Assembly: GCA_039030515.1 (NCBI GenBank)
Contig: JBCCEA010000001.1
Coordinates: forward strand, 29,896 to 93,895
DNA length: 64,000 nucleotides
Direction: 5' to 3'
From: Myxococcota bacterium
GTDB taxonomy: Bacteria > Myxococcota_A > Polyangia > Polyangiales > Houyiibacteriaceae
This document shows, piece by piece, positions 8,019 to 15,966 of the stretch. A program made the position numbers and the translations under genes. Each line of letters starts with the position of its first letter. Positions within the stretch are counted from its first letter, which is position 1. Under the pieces are notes generated by a model, which was not told where the DNA came from, did not search any database, and worked only from the letters and a program-made list of their open reading frames with translations.

Positions 8019-8633
8019 TCACGCGGCCGGCGAAGCGGGTTGGGCGACGAGTCCACCGAGTCCCTGAGCCACCAGGGTGTGTCGAACGCCGAGCTCTCGG
8101 CGATCGAGGATCACCTGCTTGCCCTCCCGCGAGTTGAGACCAAGCACGATAGGTGCCGCCAGGTTTACGGTGGCGGGGGCGTTTGGCGGCGCTGTAATCA
8201 CCGCAGCTACCGCGACCTCCTCGTCGTCAAGTCCAGCGATTTGTTGGGCCTCTTCGATTGGGTAGCCCTCAAATACGAGTCTTGCTTCGATGACCAAGAG
8301 TTGAATCTGCGGATCGACGCGTGATACGAGCGCGCGTACGTCGTGCCCCTCGTCGGTTTCGCAGAGCACAAAGCTCGTATGCTCTTGCATCCCGAGCAAA
8401 CCTGCCGGAAAGGCGAGTGCATGCTCGTCTGCCTCGCGGATCTGGACTGCACCGGCCTGTGCGCGCTGATTCTCGCTTTGAATCTTATCCACGAGCTCTC
8501 CTCGATACACCGAGAATTCCTTAGGGGCGTGCACCCCTATTCGTACTCTGCCGCGAGATACCGAAAGGACTGAAATCTGGATGAGTCCTCCGATTTCAAT
8601 TCGCTCTCCTATTTTTCTTGTTAACGTCAGCAT
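8019..8633 (-). CDS. csrA-fliW: CsrA-FliW fusion protein (N-terminal carbon storage regulator domain, C-terminal FliW domain)
   Basis: MLTLTRKIGERIEIGGLIQISVLSVSRGRVRIGVHAPKEFSVYRGELVDKI (CsrA) runs in frame, with no stop, into ALAFPAGLLGMQEHTSFVL...TVNLAAPIVLGLNSREGKQVIL (FliW). ATG 8633 has AAAGGAGAG upstream. Confidence 0.85.
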   Translation of the reverse strand: MLTLTRKIGERIEIGGLIQISVLSVSRGRVRIGVHAPKEFSVYRGELVDKIQSENQRAQAGAVQIREADEHALAFPAGLLGMQEHTSFVLCETDEGHDVRALVSRVDPQIQLLVIEARLVFEGYPIEEAQQIAGLDDEEVAVAAVITAPPNAPATVNLAAPIVLGLNSREGKQVILDRRELGVRHTLVAQGLGGLVAQPASPAA

Positions 8634-8654
8634 CCTTGCTCTCCTTTTGCAGCA

Positions 8655-9000
8655 CGCCTCGCTGGGCCCGAACGCCCGCTTACCTCCGATGCTCGTCGCT
8701 CGAAGTACCGAATGTACGCCTTCGCGTCTGCGCTTCGTGGGCGCAGGGCGTTCGGGCCCATCGAGACGCGCTGCAGTACGCCTCGCCGGTCCGGAAAGGC
8801 CGCGAACCTTTGATGTTCGTCGCTTGACGTACGGAATGAAGGCCTTCGCGTCTGCGCTTCGTGGGCGCAGGGCGTTCGGGCCCATCGAGACGCGCTGCAG
8901 TACGCCTCGCCGGTCCGGAAAGGCCGCGAACCTTTGATGTTCGTCGCTTGACGTACGGAGTGTACGCCTTCGCGCCTGCGCTTCGTGGGCGCAGGGCTCC
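8655..9000. repeat. 124-bp tandem repeat array (2 near-identical full copies plus diverged partial copies at each end) between flgL and csrA-fliW
   Basis: Units 8718-8841 and 8842-8965 differ at 3 of 124 positions. Partial copies lie at 8655-8717 and 8966 to about 9000. Each unit holds the hairpin CTGCGC-N7-GCGCAG and a TCCGGA-containing loop. Confidence 0.9.
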
Positions 9001-9036
9001 TAAGCGAATTGGTGCGCTCGCGATGAGCCAAGTACA

Positions 9037-9921
9037 TCATCGCTGCGCCAAGCTTGGTGGCGGAAGTTCTCCTGCGATCTGAACGGCTGTGTTCAAAGCC
9101 GTTTGGGCTTGATTGAACGCGAAGTACGCATCGACATCCGATTCTCCGACCAGCTCGGTTTGCCGGATGGCCGCTTCATCTTCCACTCGATCTGCCACAG
9201 ACTGTGCAACATCCAGGGCTGCAATCAGTGCACCGGTGGTTCCACGCGCATCGGAGACACGACCATGGGCGATGTCCAGACCGTCAAGCGTGCCTCGAAT
9301 CGCCGGCACATCATCGGCGCGAAGCGCAGTGGACAGATTTTCCAAGACCGCGATCGGGTCGTCCGGTGCTCCCGGAGCGAACGCCGCTTGCGCATTGATC
9401 TTCATCGGCATGCGTACGCCTGGCGCCACTTCCACTTCGCGAACATTTTGATCGCTGACGAATGTGCCCGATGCATCAAAAGGTGGTGCGTCCTCTAGGT
9501 AGCCCGCAAAGAGATAGGCCCCTCCCTGACCCTGGGTGTTCGCCAGAGAGATAAGCTGCTGCCTCAATTCCTCAACCTCCGATGCGGCGTTGAGCCGGTC
9601 TCCGGCATTGAGGGTATCGTTGGCGGTTTGGGTCGCGAGCTCGCGGGCTCGGTTCAGAATGTCGGTGACATTGGAAAGCGTATCGTCAGTGAGCTGCAGG
9701 TTTGCGATAGCGCGCTCGGCCGACTCCTTATGCATGGCGGCACGGGCCTCTCGGCTTCGCTCACGGCGGGCGGCCGCAAAATCCGCCGGATCGTCCGAAG
9801 GGTCCTGAACCCGGCGTCCGGTGGTCAACGTTTCCTGAGCCTGAGCTACTTCTTCACGGGATTTGGCGATGTTGATCCGGTTCAGTTCATAGAGCATGGA
9901 ATCCGTAACGCGCATCACCAT
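9037..9921 (-). CDS. flgL: flagellar hook-filament junction protein 3 (HAP3)
   Basis: MRVTDSMLYELNRINIAKSREE N-terminus with a flagellin-like C-terminus FNQAQTALNTAVQIAG. Follows flgK. Confidence 0.85.
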   Translation of the reverse strand: MVMRVTDSMLYELNRINIAKSREEVAQAQETLTTGRRVQDPSDDPADFAAARRERSREARAAMHKESAERAIANLQLTDDTLSNVTDILNRARELATQTANDTLNAGDRLNAASEVEELRQQLISLANTQGQGGAYLFAGYLEDAPPFDASGTFVSDQNVREVEVAPGVRMPMKINAQAAFAPGAPDDPIAVLENLSTALRADDVPAIRGTLDGLDIAHGRVSDARGTTGALIAALDVAQSVADRVEDEAAIRQTELVGESDVDAYFAFNQAQTALNTAVQIAGELPPPSLAQR

Positions 9922-9924
9922 CTC

Positions 9925-11316
9925 CTATCGCTTGAGGTTGATCAGCTCGGCGAGCATTTCATCCGCGGTTTGAATCACCTGGAGGCTGGTCTGGTAGCTG
10001 CGCTGAAACTGCATGAGGTTGACCATCTCCTCGTCGGTACTCGCTCCGGAAACGGACTCTCGCAGGGTGGAGACCTGTTCAAGTGCAGATTCGGAGGCTT
10101 CTTCCCGAAAAAGTGCATCCGATACGGTCACGCCGGCGTCGCCGATGAGCTCTCGAAGCGCTTCTCCGGCGGTCGCGGTGCTGCCAAGAGCGATCGAGCT
10201 TGTGGCAAGCGCTTGAAGATCGAGGGCGTTGCGGTTGTCCCCCGGTAAGAGCGTGGGGTCTGTGGCTGCCGCGAGCGCTTCAGGCACGCCATCTACGGCT
10301 GAAGAAATTTGCACTTGAGAAGCAGCGCCGCTTGCGGTGCCGATCGTTTCAAATAGATTCCGGCCGGTGATTCCATCCAGTCCATATCCGGCGCTGTGGG
10401 TGCCGTTGTAGGCGGTGGTAAAGTCGAACGCGAGCTGATCGAGCGCGTTTTGTGCGGAGGTCAAACCTCCGTCGCGTGCATCGATCCACCCGCTAAGCTG
10501 TCCGCTCGTAAGACTGGAGGCCACATTCTCTTGGACGCCAGCACTGATGCGGAACACGTCGACGTTGGAAGTCGCGGGATTTCGCTGCGTCGAGAGCGGA
10601 TGCACGGATCCATCGGCAGTGACCAAGGACTGGCCTCCTCCGAGAAGCAGTTGAATGGGGCCATCTTCCTGCTCGAGTACGGTGACCGGGACGACATCGG
10701 CTACTTCACGTACGAGCTGGTCTCGTCGATCTCTGAGGTCGCTTGCCTCAAGCTCAGAAAGCTCCGTTTTTGCAATTTCTTGCCCTAGTCGTGCGATTTC
10801 TTCAAGTTTTCCATTTAGGTCTGCAACTTCGTCTTCTATACGCCCGTTGATGTCCTCGCGTCGCTGGGTCAAGAAATCTGAAGTGGCTCGGAACGAATAT
10901 GCGAGCTGTTCGGCAAGGGTGAGTACCGAGTTGCGGCGCGTAAGGTCCGATGGATCCGAGCTGAGATCGGCGATCGCGTTTTCAAACGCGTCGAGTGCAT
11001 CCGCCAAGTTTCCAGCCTCATCGCCGAACGCCTCGTCGAGGGGTCTTAGCGCCTCTGCGCGCGCGGACGATTCACCCATCATCGAGCGGGCGCCGAGCAA
11101 ACGACGTTCGATGTACGGATCGATGACCCGTTTTTGTCCGACCGCGCGAGAGCCGAGTCCAGGAGATTGCGCGGCGATGGGATCGATGTGTGCCAGCCTC
11201 CGGCTGTATCCCTCCGTGCCGACGTTGGAGGCATTTTGTGAGGAGACCTGCGTTCCGAAGGCATGGCTGCGCATACCGTTGGCTCCCAGATTTAAGATGC
11301 CGAATACGGTCGTCAT
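9925..11316 (-). CDS. flgK: flagellar hook-filament junction protein 1 (HAP1)
   Basis: FGILNLGANGMRSHAFGTQVSSQNASNVGTEGYSRR N-terminus and EEMVNLMQFQRSYQTSLQVIQTADEMLAELINL C-terminus. Confidence 0.9.
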   Translation of the reverse strand: MTTVFGILNLGANGMRSHAFGTQVSSQNASNVGTEGYSRRLAHIDPIAAQSPGLGSRAVGQKRVIDPYIERRLLGARSMMGESSARAEALRPLDEAFGDEAGNLADALDAFENAIADLSSDPSDLTRRNSVLTLAEQLAYSFRATSDFLTQRREDINGRIEDEVADLNGKLEEIARLGQEIAKTELSELEASDLRDRRDQLVREVADVVPVTVLEQEDGPIQLLLGGGQSLVTADGSVHPLSTQRNPATSNVDVFRISAGVQENVASSLTSGQLSGWIDARDGGLTSAQNALDQLAFDFTTAYNGTHSAGYGLDGITGRNLFETIGTASGAASQVQISSAVDGVPEALAAATDPTLLPGDNRNALDLQALATSSIALGSTATAGEALRELIGDAGVTVSDALFREEASESALEQVSTLRESVSGASTDEEMVNLMQFQRSYQTSLQVIQTADEMLAELINLKR

Positions 11317-11320
11317 TCGG

Positions 11321-11638
11321 CTAGATCGCTCCCCTGCGCAGTCCGGACTGCAGGTCCTTGGGTTTGCCGCTCGCGCTGTACGCGATCGATGGCTCTTCGC
11401 CTCCCGTCGCCAACCCTCGGAGGCACGAAACGAGATGTCTCATGAGCCCGATGTTTCGGCGGGACAGCTCGGAAATTTCCTCAAGTTCGGAGTCGTGGAT
11501 GCCGATCTCTTGGATACGTGAAAGGAGGGCCCGCTTCTCTTCCTGAATCTTGAGGAGCTCGTCCAGGTTCGCGTATCGGGTTGCGGTGCGTTCCTTTGCC
11601 AGTACATCCCGAAACTTTTCAATTAAGACGTCATTCAT
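11321..11638 (-). CDS. FlgN-like export chaperone (putative)
   Basis: 105-aa helical protein between flgM and flgK. The call rests on position and composition only. Confidence 0.45.
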   Translation of the reverse strand: MNDVLIEKFRDVLAKERTATRYANLDELLKIQEEKRALLSRIQEIGIHDSELEEISELSRRNIGLMRHLVSCLRGLATGGEEPSIAYSASGKPKDLQSGLRRGAI

Positions 11639-11707
11639 TTTTGGATACTCATGTGGCTAGAGATTCAGCAAGGTGGTTTGAGTAGGCGTAGCCCCACCAC
11701 TTCTGGG

Positions 11708-11986
11708 CTAGCGTTCCTCCTCGAGCATGCGTTCGGCGATGCGTGCCGGATCGATCTCAAAACTACCGTCTTCGATGGCGGCGCGAAGGCGTTCGATCCG
11801 CTCTAGGTCGGGCTTTTGTTCGGCCCGGGCGTCCGCCAGGTGCTTTGCGGCTCCCGAGAGCTCTACCGAGGTGGAGTGCTGCGGACGCACCTCGCTCTGC
11901 CGTTGTTCCTCATGTACTTGCTTTGCACGAGTCTGGCTCGCTTTGATGTCGGCAAGAGTGCTCGCGTGTGGGTCTTGGATCTTCAT
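11708..11986 (-). CDS. flgM: anti-sigma-28 factor
   Basis: 92 aa. C-terminus RIERLRAAIEDGSFEIDPARIAERMLEE is the typical FlgM sigma-28-binding region. Confidence 0.75.
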   Translation of the reverse strand: MKIQDPHASTLADIKASQTRAKQVHEEQRQSEVRPQHSTSVELSGAAKHLADARAEQKPDLERIERLRAAIEDGSFEIDPARIAERMLEEER

Positions 11987-13203
11987 GATGAATGTTCCTC
12001 CAATCGTCGGTTCGGACGCTTCTCCGAGGACCTTGAGGAATAATTCGTAGGCTGAGGTCGAATTTCTCGAGTTGCGGGTGCCTCAGGTCGGTCGGAGTTT
12101 GATGCTCCAGGGGTTCCGGACAGCGGTACTTCGGCGTCTTCCATGGATGTGGAGCGACGAAGTTCAATGATTTCAATGCGCGAGAATCCGCCCCGGGGAT
12201 CGGTTCCACCAAAAGTTCCCGTTCGATTCCAGGTCCGGCGGGTTAAGTGACGAGCGCCATCCACCCGTGCCTCCCAGCCGTCGTAGACGATCTTCTGGAT
12301 CGCTCCGGAGGAGTCGTAGTCGATCGAGTGCACCCGCTCGACGATACCCATATGACCCGCACGCTCAGGATGGGCTGCACTTCCAGTGAGCATGAATGCG
12401 CGACGTCCCTGTAGTATTTCCTGATCGATGGAGGTTGCGCTCGCTCCTGTGACCACTCGACCCCACCCCTTTGGAACCTCACCATCTTCGATGCTCGTCG
12501 TGAGTCCGTTGGGCGCGGGATAGCCCCATCCGTGGGCCCGTGGGGCTACCGGCACCGAAAACCCGGCTCGTCTCGCAAGCTCCATCGTAAACAGATTGCA
12601 CTTGTATTGACCCTGGTAGCCCCCTGCGTCTTGCACGTTGAATGCGGCTATCTCACCGGAAGAGGTACGGGTGTGGTAGTTGCTCGAGAGATCGTCACGC
12701 TGAAGCGTGCCCTCGCGGCTCCAGCGCGTGGACCGCTCGGCGGAAAGAAGTTCCTGGGCGGCTTGCTGAAGTTGGGCAGTCGCTCCCTCGAGTGGGGCGC
12801 CGGTGATCGGACCAAAGTCTACCGACCTCATACGGCGTAGGGTGCCGACGAGTTTTGGGGACGATTCCCCATGCGGCTGGTTGGTCTTCGATGTGCTGAC
12901 GCTTCCAGTCTCCTGAGTCGCTGAAGAACCCAGAGACGCGTCCAGCGCATCTCGAAGCCCAATACCTCCGCCATCCGATAAAGCTTGGGTCAGGGCTTGG
13001 TCCACCAGGTGACCGAATACCGAGGCGCCCGGAGCCTTGCCGAGCATGCCGTCTGAAACGCTGGTTTCTCTCAGCACGCGAACCAGCTGGGCGAGGATGA
13101 GCTCTTCGAACTGACCTGCTGCCTGAGCGGAGTTGGTCTGCTTCGATGGTTGCTGCATCTGCTGCATCTGCTGTGCGATTTCTTCTGTGCCGATGAGCGT
13201 CAT
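11983..13203 (-). CDS. flgJ: FlgJ-like rod-binding protein fused to a CHAP/NlpC-P60-like Cys-His hydrolase domain
   Basis: N-terminal rod-binding motif AAGQFEELILAQLVRVLRET. C-terminal YKCNLFTMELARRAGF...GWG...AGHMGIVERV resembles a papain-like Cys/His amidase. ATGA overlap with flgI. Confidence 0.7.
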   Translation of the reverse strand: MTLIGTEEIAQQMQQMQQPSKQTNSAQAAGQFEELILAQLVRVLRETSVSDGMLGKAPGASVFGHLVDQALTQALSDGGGIGLRDALDASLGSSATQETGSVSTSKTNQPHGESSPKLVGTLRRMRSVDFGPITGAPLEGATAQLQQAAQELLSAERSTRWSREGTLQRDDLSSNYHTRTSSGEIAAFNVQDAGGYQGQYKCNLFTMELARRAGFSVPVAPRAHGWGYPAPNGLTTSIEDGEVPKGWGRVVTGASATSIDQEILQGRRAFMLTGSAAHPERAGHMGIVERVHSIDYDSSGAIQKIVYDGWEARVDGARHLTRRTWNRTGTFGGTDPRGGFSRIEIIELRRSTSMEDAEVPLSGTPGASNSDRPEAPATREIRPQPTNYSSRSSEKRPNRRLEEHSS

Positions 13204-14375
13204 TGTAGTTCGATCTCAGCCTGCAGAGCTCCGGCAGTTCGGAGCGCCTGAAAGATCGCCACGAGATCTCTCGGACGGGCGCCGAGGGCGTTGAGTGCAG
13301 TGACCACGTCGGCGAGATTTGCTGAACCCTGCAGACGTTGTAAGGACCCGGTCGCCGCTTCGGCGCGGACCTCGCTCTCCGGCACCACCTCGGTCGTTCC
13401 CTCGCCAAATGGGTTCGGTTGAGATACCGCAAAACTCTCACGGATCTCGACGGTCAGGCCTCCCTGGGCGATCGCCACTTCAGAGATGCGAACATGGGTC
13501 CCAAGTACGATGGTGCCGGAGCGCTCGTCGATAACCACCCTTGCCGGAGCGTTTGGGGTCACGGACAACATTTGTACGTTCGCGATAAGGCCCACCTGCT
13601 GTCCGCGATACTCCGGAGGCACCCTCATGCGGATCGTACCTGAGTCGACCGCCTGGGATATGTTGGGTGCTACATGTGCATTGATCGTGTCGACGATGCG
13701 CTGGGCGGTGACGAAGTTGGGGTCTCGAAGCGTGAACACGAGCAGATCGCGATTCAGTGCTGGAGCCGCCACCCGCCGCTCTACGATGGCTCCTGCGGGC
13801 ACGCGTCCCACCGTCACGTGGTTGTTTTGAACGCCGGACCCTGAGCCGCCTTCCGCGCTGAAGCCTCCGAGTAAAAGGGGCCCCTGAGCGACCGCGTAGA
13901 CTTCTCGATCGGCACCGTGAAGAGGCGTTTGAACGAGCGTGCCGCCTTGGAGGCTGCGGGCGTTGCCCAAGGAGGATACCGCGACGTCGATGCGCGTGCC
14001 CGGATTGGCAAAAGGTGGAAGCGTAGCCGTGACGACGACCGCGGCCGCATTCTTGGTTTGAATCGTGGTGGGATCGATCGTGGCTCCCAGACGACGCAGC
14101 ATGGCGGCCGTGCTCTGGACGGTGAAGCGCGCCTGCCCGCTGTCGCCCGTTCCGTTTAGGCCGACGACCAGTCCGTAGCCGATCAGTTGGTTTGGCCGAA
14201 CGCCGCGAATATCACAGAGCTCTTCGATTCGTGAGGCTTCTGCGACTGCGGCCGCCGAGGCGAGAAACGCTACCAGCAGAGTCTTTTGTACCCGGAAGCG
14301 TGCGCGTGATCGCGTCCTCGGCGCCGGACGCGCTGCGCTTTCGACTCCCAGCACCCGTTCAAGACGAGCCGTCAT
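13200..14375 (-). CDS. flgI: flagellar P-ring protein
   Basis: RIEELCDIRGVRPNQLIGYGLVVGLNGTGD and LVAIFQALRTAGALQAEIELQ are canonical FlgI. Confidence 0.95.
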   Translation of the reverse strand: MTARLERVLGVESAARPAPRTRSRARFRVQKTLLVAFLASAAAVAEASRIEELCDIRGVRPNQLIGYGLVVGLNGTGDSGQARFTVQSTAAMLRRLGATIDPTTIQTKNAAAVVVTATLPPFANPGTRIDVAVSSLGNARSLQGGTLVQTPLHGADREVYAVAQGPLLLGGFSAEGGSGSGVQNNHVTVGRVPAGAIVERRVAAPALNRDLLVFTLRDPNFVTAQRIVDTINAHVAPNISQAVDSGTIRMRVPPEYRGQQVGLIANVQMLSVTPNAPARVVIDERSGTIVLGTHVRISEVAIAQGGLTVEIRESFAVSQPNPFGEGTTEVVPESEVRAEAATGSLQRLQGSANLADVVTALNALGARPRDLVAIFQALRTAGALQAEIELQ

Positions 14376-15076
14376 AGCGGTCTCACCTTAGAAAGAAGTC
14401 TCGAAAGCCAGCCTTGACGCTGGTTGTCCGCCAAGGGGCCGCGACCCGCAAACTGAATCTGAGCGTCGGCGATGAGGCTCGAGCCAATCGAGTTGTCCTG
14501 CTCGATATCCTCAGGCCGAATCACTCCGGAGACGTAGATATGTAGTTCTTCATTATTGATGAGAATGATCTTGGTGCCTTCGATGAAGAGATCTCCGTTT
14601 GGCAATTTTCTTTTGACACGGACCGCGATCGAACCGTTCGCCGTCGACCCGCGGGAGGTACTGCCGTCGCCGCTGAAGGAGGCGTTGCTCAGCACCGAAA
14701 GCAGCTGGGAAGGGTTGATGTCTGGGTGGGCATTTTGCAGAGCCTGTGTCAGTCCGAACAGCACCGGAATCCCGAAGGATTCCTCCGAATCCCGCTGCAC
14801 ATCGGTCGATGCATCGCCTGATGCCTGAGCGCTCTCGCTGATTCGAACGGTGACGAGATCGCCTACGTGACGGGCCTGAAAGTCTGCGAACAGTCCGGAT
14901 GCGTTATCGGTCCAAAGGGACCCGTCTGAAACCGGCGTTGGACGCTGCTCATATTCGCCAGGTTGGTAGTTTCGTTCTCTCGCCGTGTGAGGACGTATCT
15001 GTTGCGGCCCGCAGGAAAAGGCTAGCGAAGAGGAGAGGGAGGTGAGCGTGAGCACGGTCCGCACTCGGCGATTCAT
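14372..15076 (-). CDS. flgH: flagellar L-ring lipoprotein
   Basis: Start at ATG 15076 (ATGA overlap with the flgA stop) gives MNRRVRTVLTLTSLSSSLAFS-C lipobox. GSLWTD...ARHVGDLVTVRISE is the FlgH core. Confidence 0.9.
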   Translation of the reverse strand: MNRRVRTVLTLTSLSSSLAFSCGPQQIRPHTARERNYQPGEYEQRPTPVSDGSLWTDNASGLFADFQARHVGDLVTVRISESAQASGDASTDVQRDSEESFGIPVLFGLTQALQNAHPDINPSQLLSVLSNASFSGDGSTSRGSTANGSIAVRVKRKLPNGDLFIEGTKIILINNEELHIYVSGVIRPEDIEQDNSIGSSLIADAQIQFAGRGPLADNQRQGWLSRLLSKVRPL

Positions 15077-15786
15077 CGAACCACCTCTACCTGCTGTCCA
15101 TCCAGGATCTTCGCCTGTAGCTGGGTGTTCGTAGGGCCGGTGCGCACCACGATGACCTCGCCGACCCGTCCAGGTTGCCTGGCCTCGCCCGGCGCCGTGG
15201 CTCGAACAGCGCCAACCTGCACCACCACCTGCACTCGGTTTCCCGGTTCGATGATCGGAGGCGGACACCGCACATCGGCCCGAATGGGCACCCGCTTCTC
15301 GCGACCGTTGGACCGGAACACGACGACCGCGCCCGTGCTGCCGGAACGCCTCGGCGGCTGCGCCTCAGCGCGAATGTCGAGTCCGGAGGCCGCTATCGTG
15401 AGGCGTGCCGGCCCATGAATCGCTCTCACCTCGCAAGGCTGAATCGCCCGTTGAACAGAGGGCTGCACCATTTCTGCAAATCGCTCGGCATTCAGCTCTT
15501 GCGCCTGCCTTTCGATGCGAGTCGCAGTGGGAATCGCGAGTCCACGTGCGTTTCGATCTGCCCTGCGGAGTGCCGCAAGCACCTCGGAGCGACGCACAAT
15601 TCGTGAGCTTCCGACTGGAGGAGCGATCCCCAGCTCCAGCGCCCCGAGTTCTGTCCCAGAGAGTGCTGGAATCACCTCGTCAAGGGTGATGCGATCTTGC
15701 GCGGCTGCCGAGCGGTGCTCGGTCCCGAGGACGATCAAAAAGAGAACTCCGCAGCAAAGCACACGAATCTGCGAGGGAGACGGCAT
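15073..15786 (-). CDS. flgA: flagellar P-ring assembly chaperone
   Basis: C-terminal SAF-like IIEPGNRVQVVVQVGAVRATAPGEARQPGRVGEVIVVRT. ATG 15786 is chosen because GTG 15804 lies inside the -12 element of the predicted sigma-54 promoter. Confidence 0.8.
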   Translation of the reverse strand: MPSPSQIRVLCCGVLFLIVLGTEHRSAAAQDRITLDEVIPALSGTELGALELGIAPPVGSSRIVRRSEVLAALRRADRNARGLAIPTATRIERQAQELNAERFAEMVQPSVQRAIQPCEVRAIHGPARLTIAASGLDIRAEAQPPRRSGSTGAVVVFRSNGREKRVPIRADVRCPPPIIEPGNRVQVVVQVGAVRATAPGEARQPGRVGEVIVVRTGPTNTQLQAKILDGQQVEVVR

Positions 15787-15799
15787 CTTCGTTAGACAC

Positions 15800-15815
15800 A
15801 GCACTGAACGTGCCA
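15800..15815 (-). promoter_or_regulatory. sigma-54 promoter TGGCAC-gttca-gTGCt upstream of flgA
   Basis: The minus strand reads ccggcTGGCACgttcagTGCtgtgtctaacgaagATG. GG/GC spacing is canonical. Confidence 0.55.
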
Positions 15816-15966
15816 GCCGGTTTGTTCAAGGATCACGGTGACGCGACGCAAAAGGTGCCAAGGACTCGTCAATCCCGCGTCGTGGTCCGCCATCATTTCG
15901 ACACTGGATCATGTCGGTGCGCACCCACTGCACCACCAGTCTCACGCCGCGCCAAGTTGAGTACGA

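Noticed and set aside
8634-8885. The 84-codon N-terminal extension of the csrA-fliW ORF (ORF track start 8885).
   Set aside because: The extension lies in the tandem repeat. The internal ATG 8633 begins the canonical CsrA N-terminus MLTLTRK and has a strong SD (AAAGGAGAG).
8581-9082. ORFs 8581-8937, 8618-8827, 8627-9040 and 8861-9082 in the flgL to csrA spacer.
   Set aside because: Their peptides simply repeat (e.g. SRRAAVRLAGPERPRTFDVRRLTYG twice) because they read through the 124-bp tandem array. They have no start context, and I treat the region as non-coding repeat or RNA.
15786-15804. GTG 15804 as the flgA start.
   Set aside because: It sits within the -12 element of the predicted sigma-54 promoter, so it would not be on the transcript.
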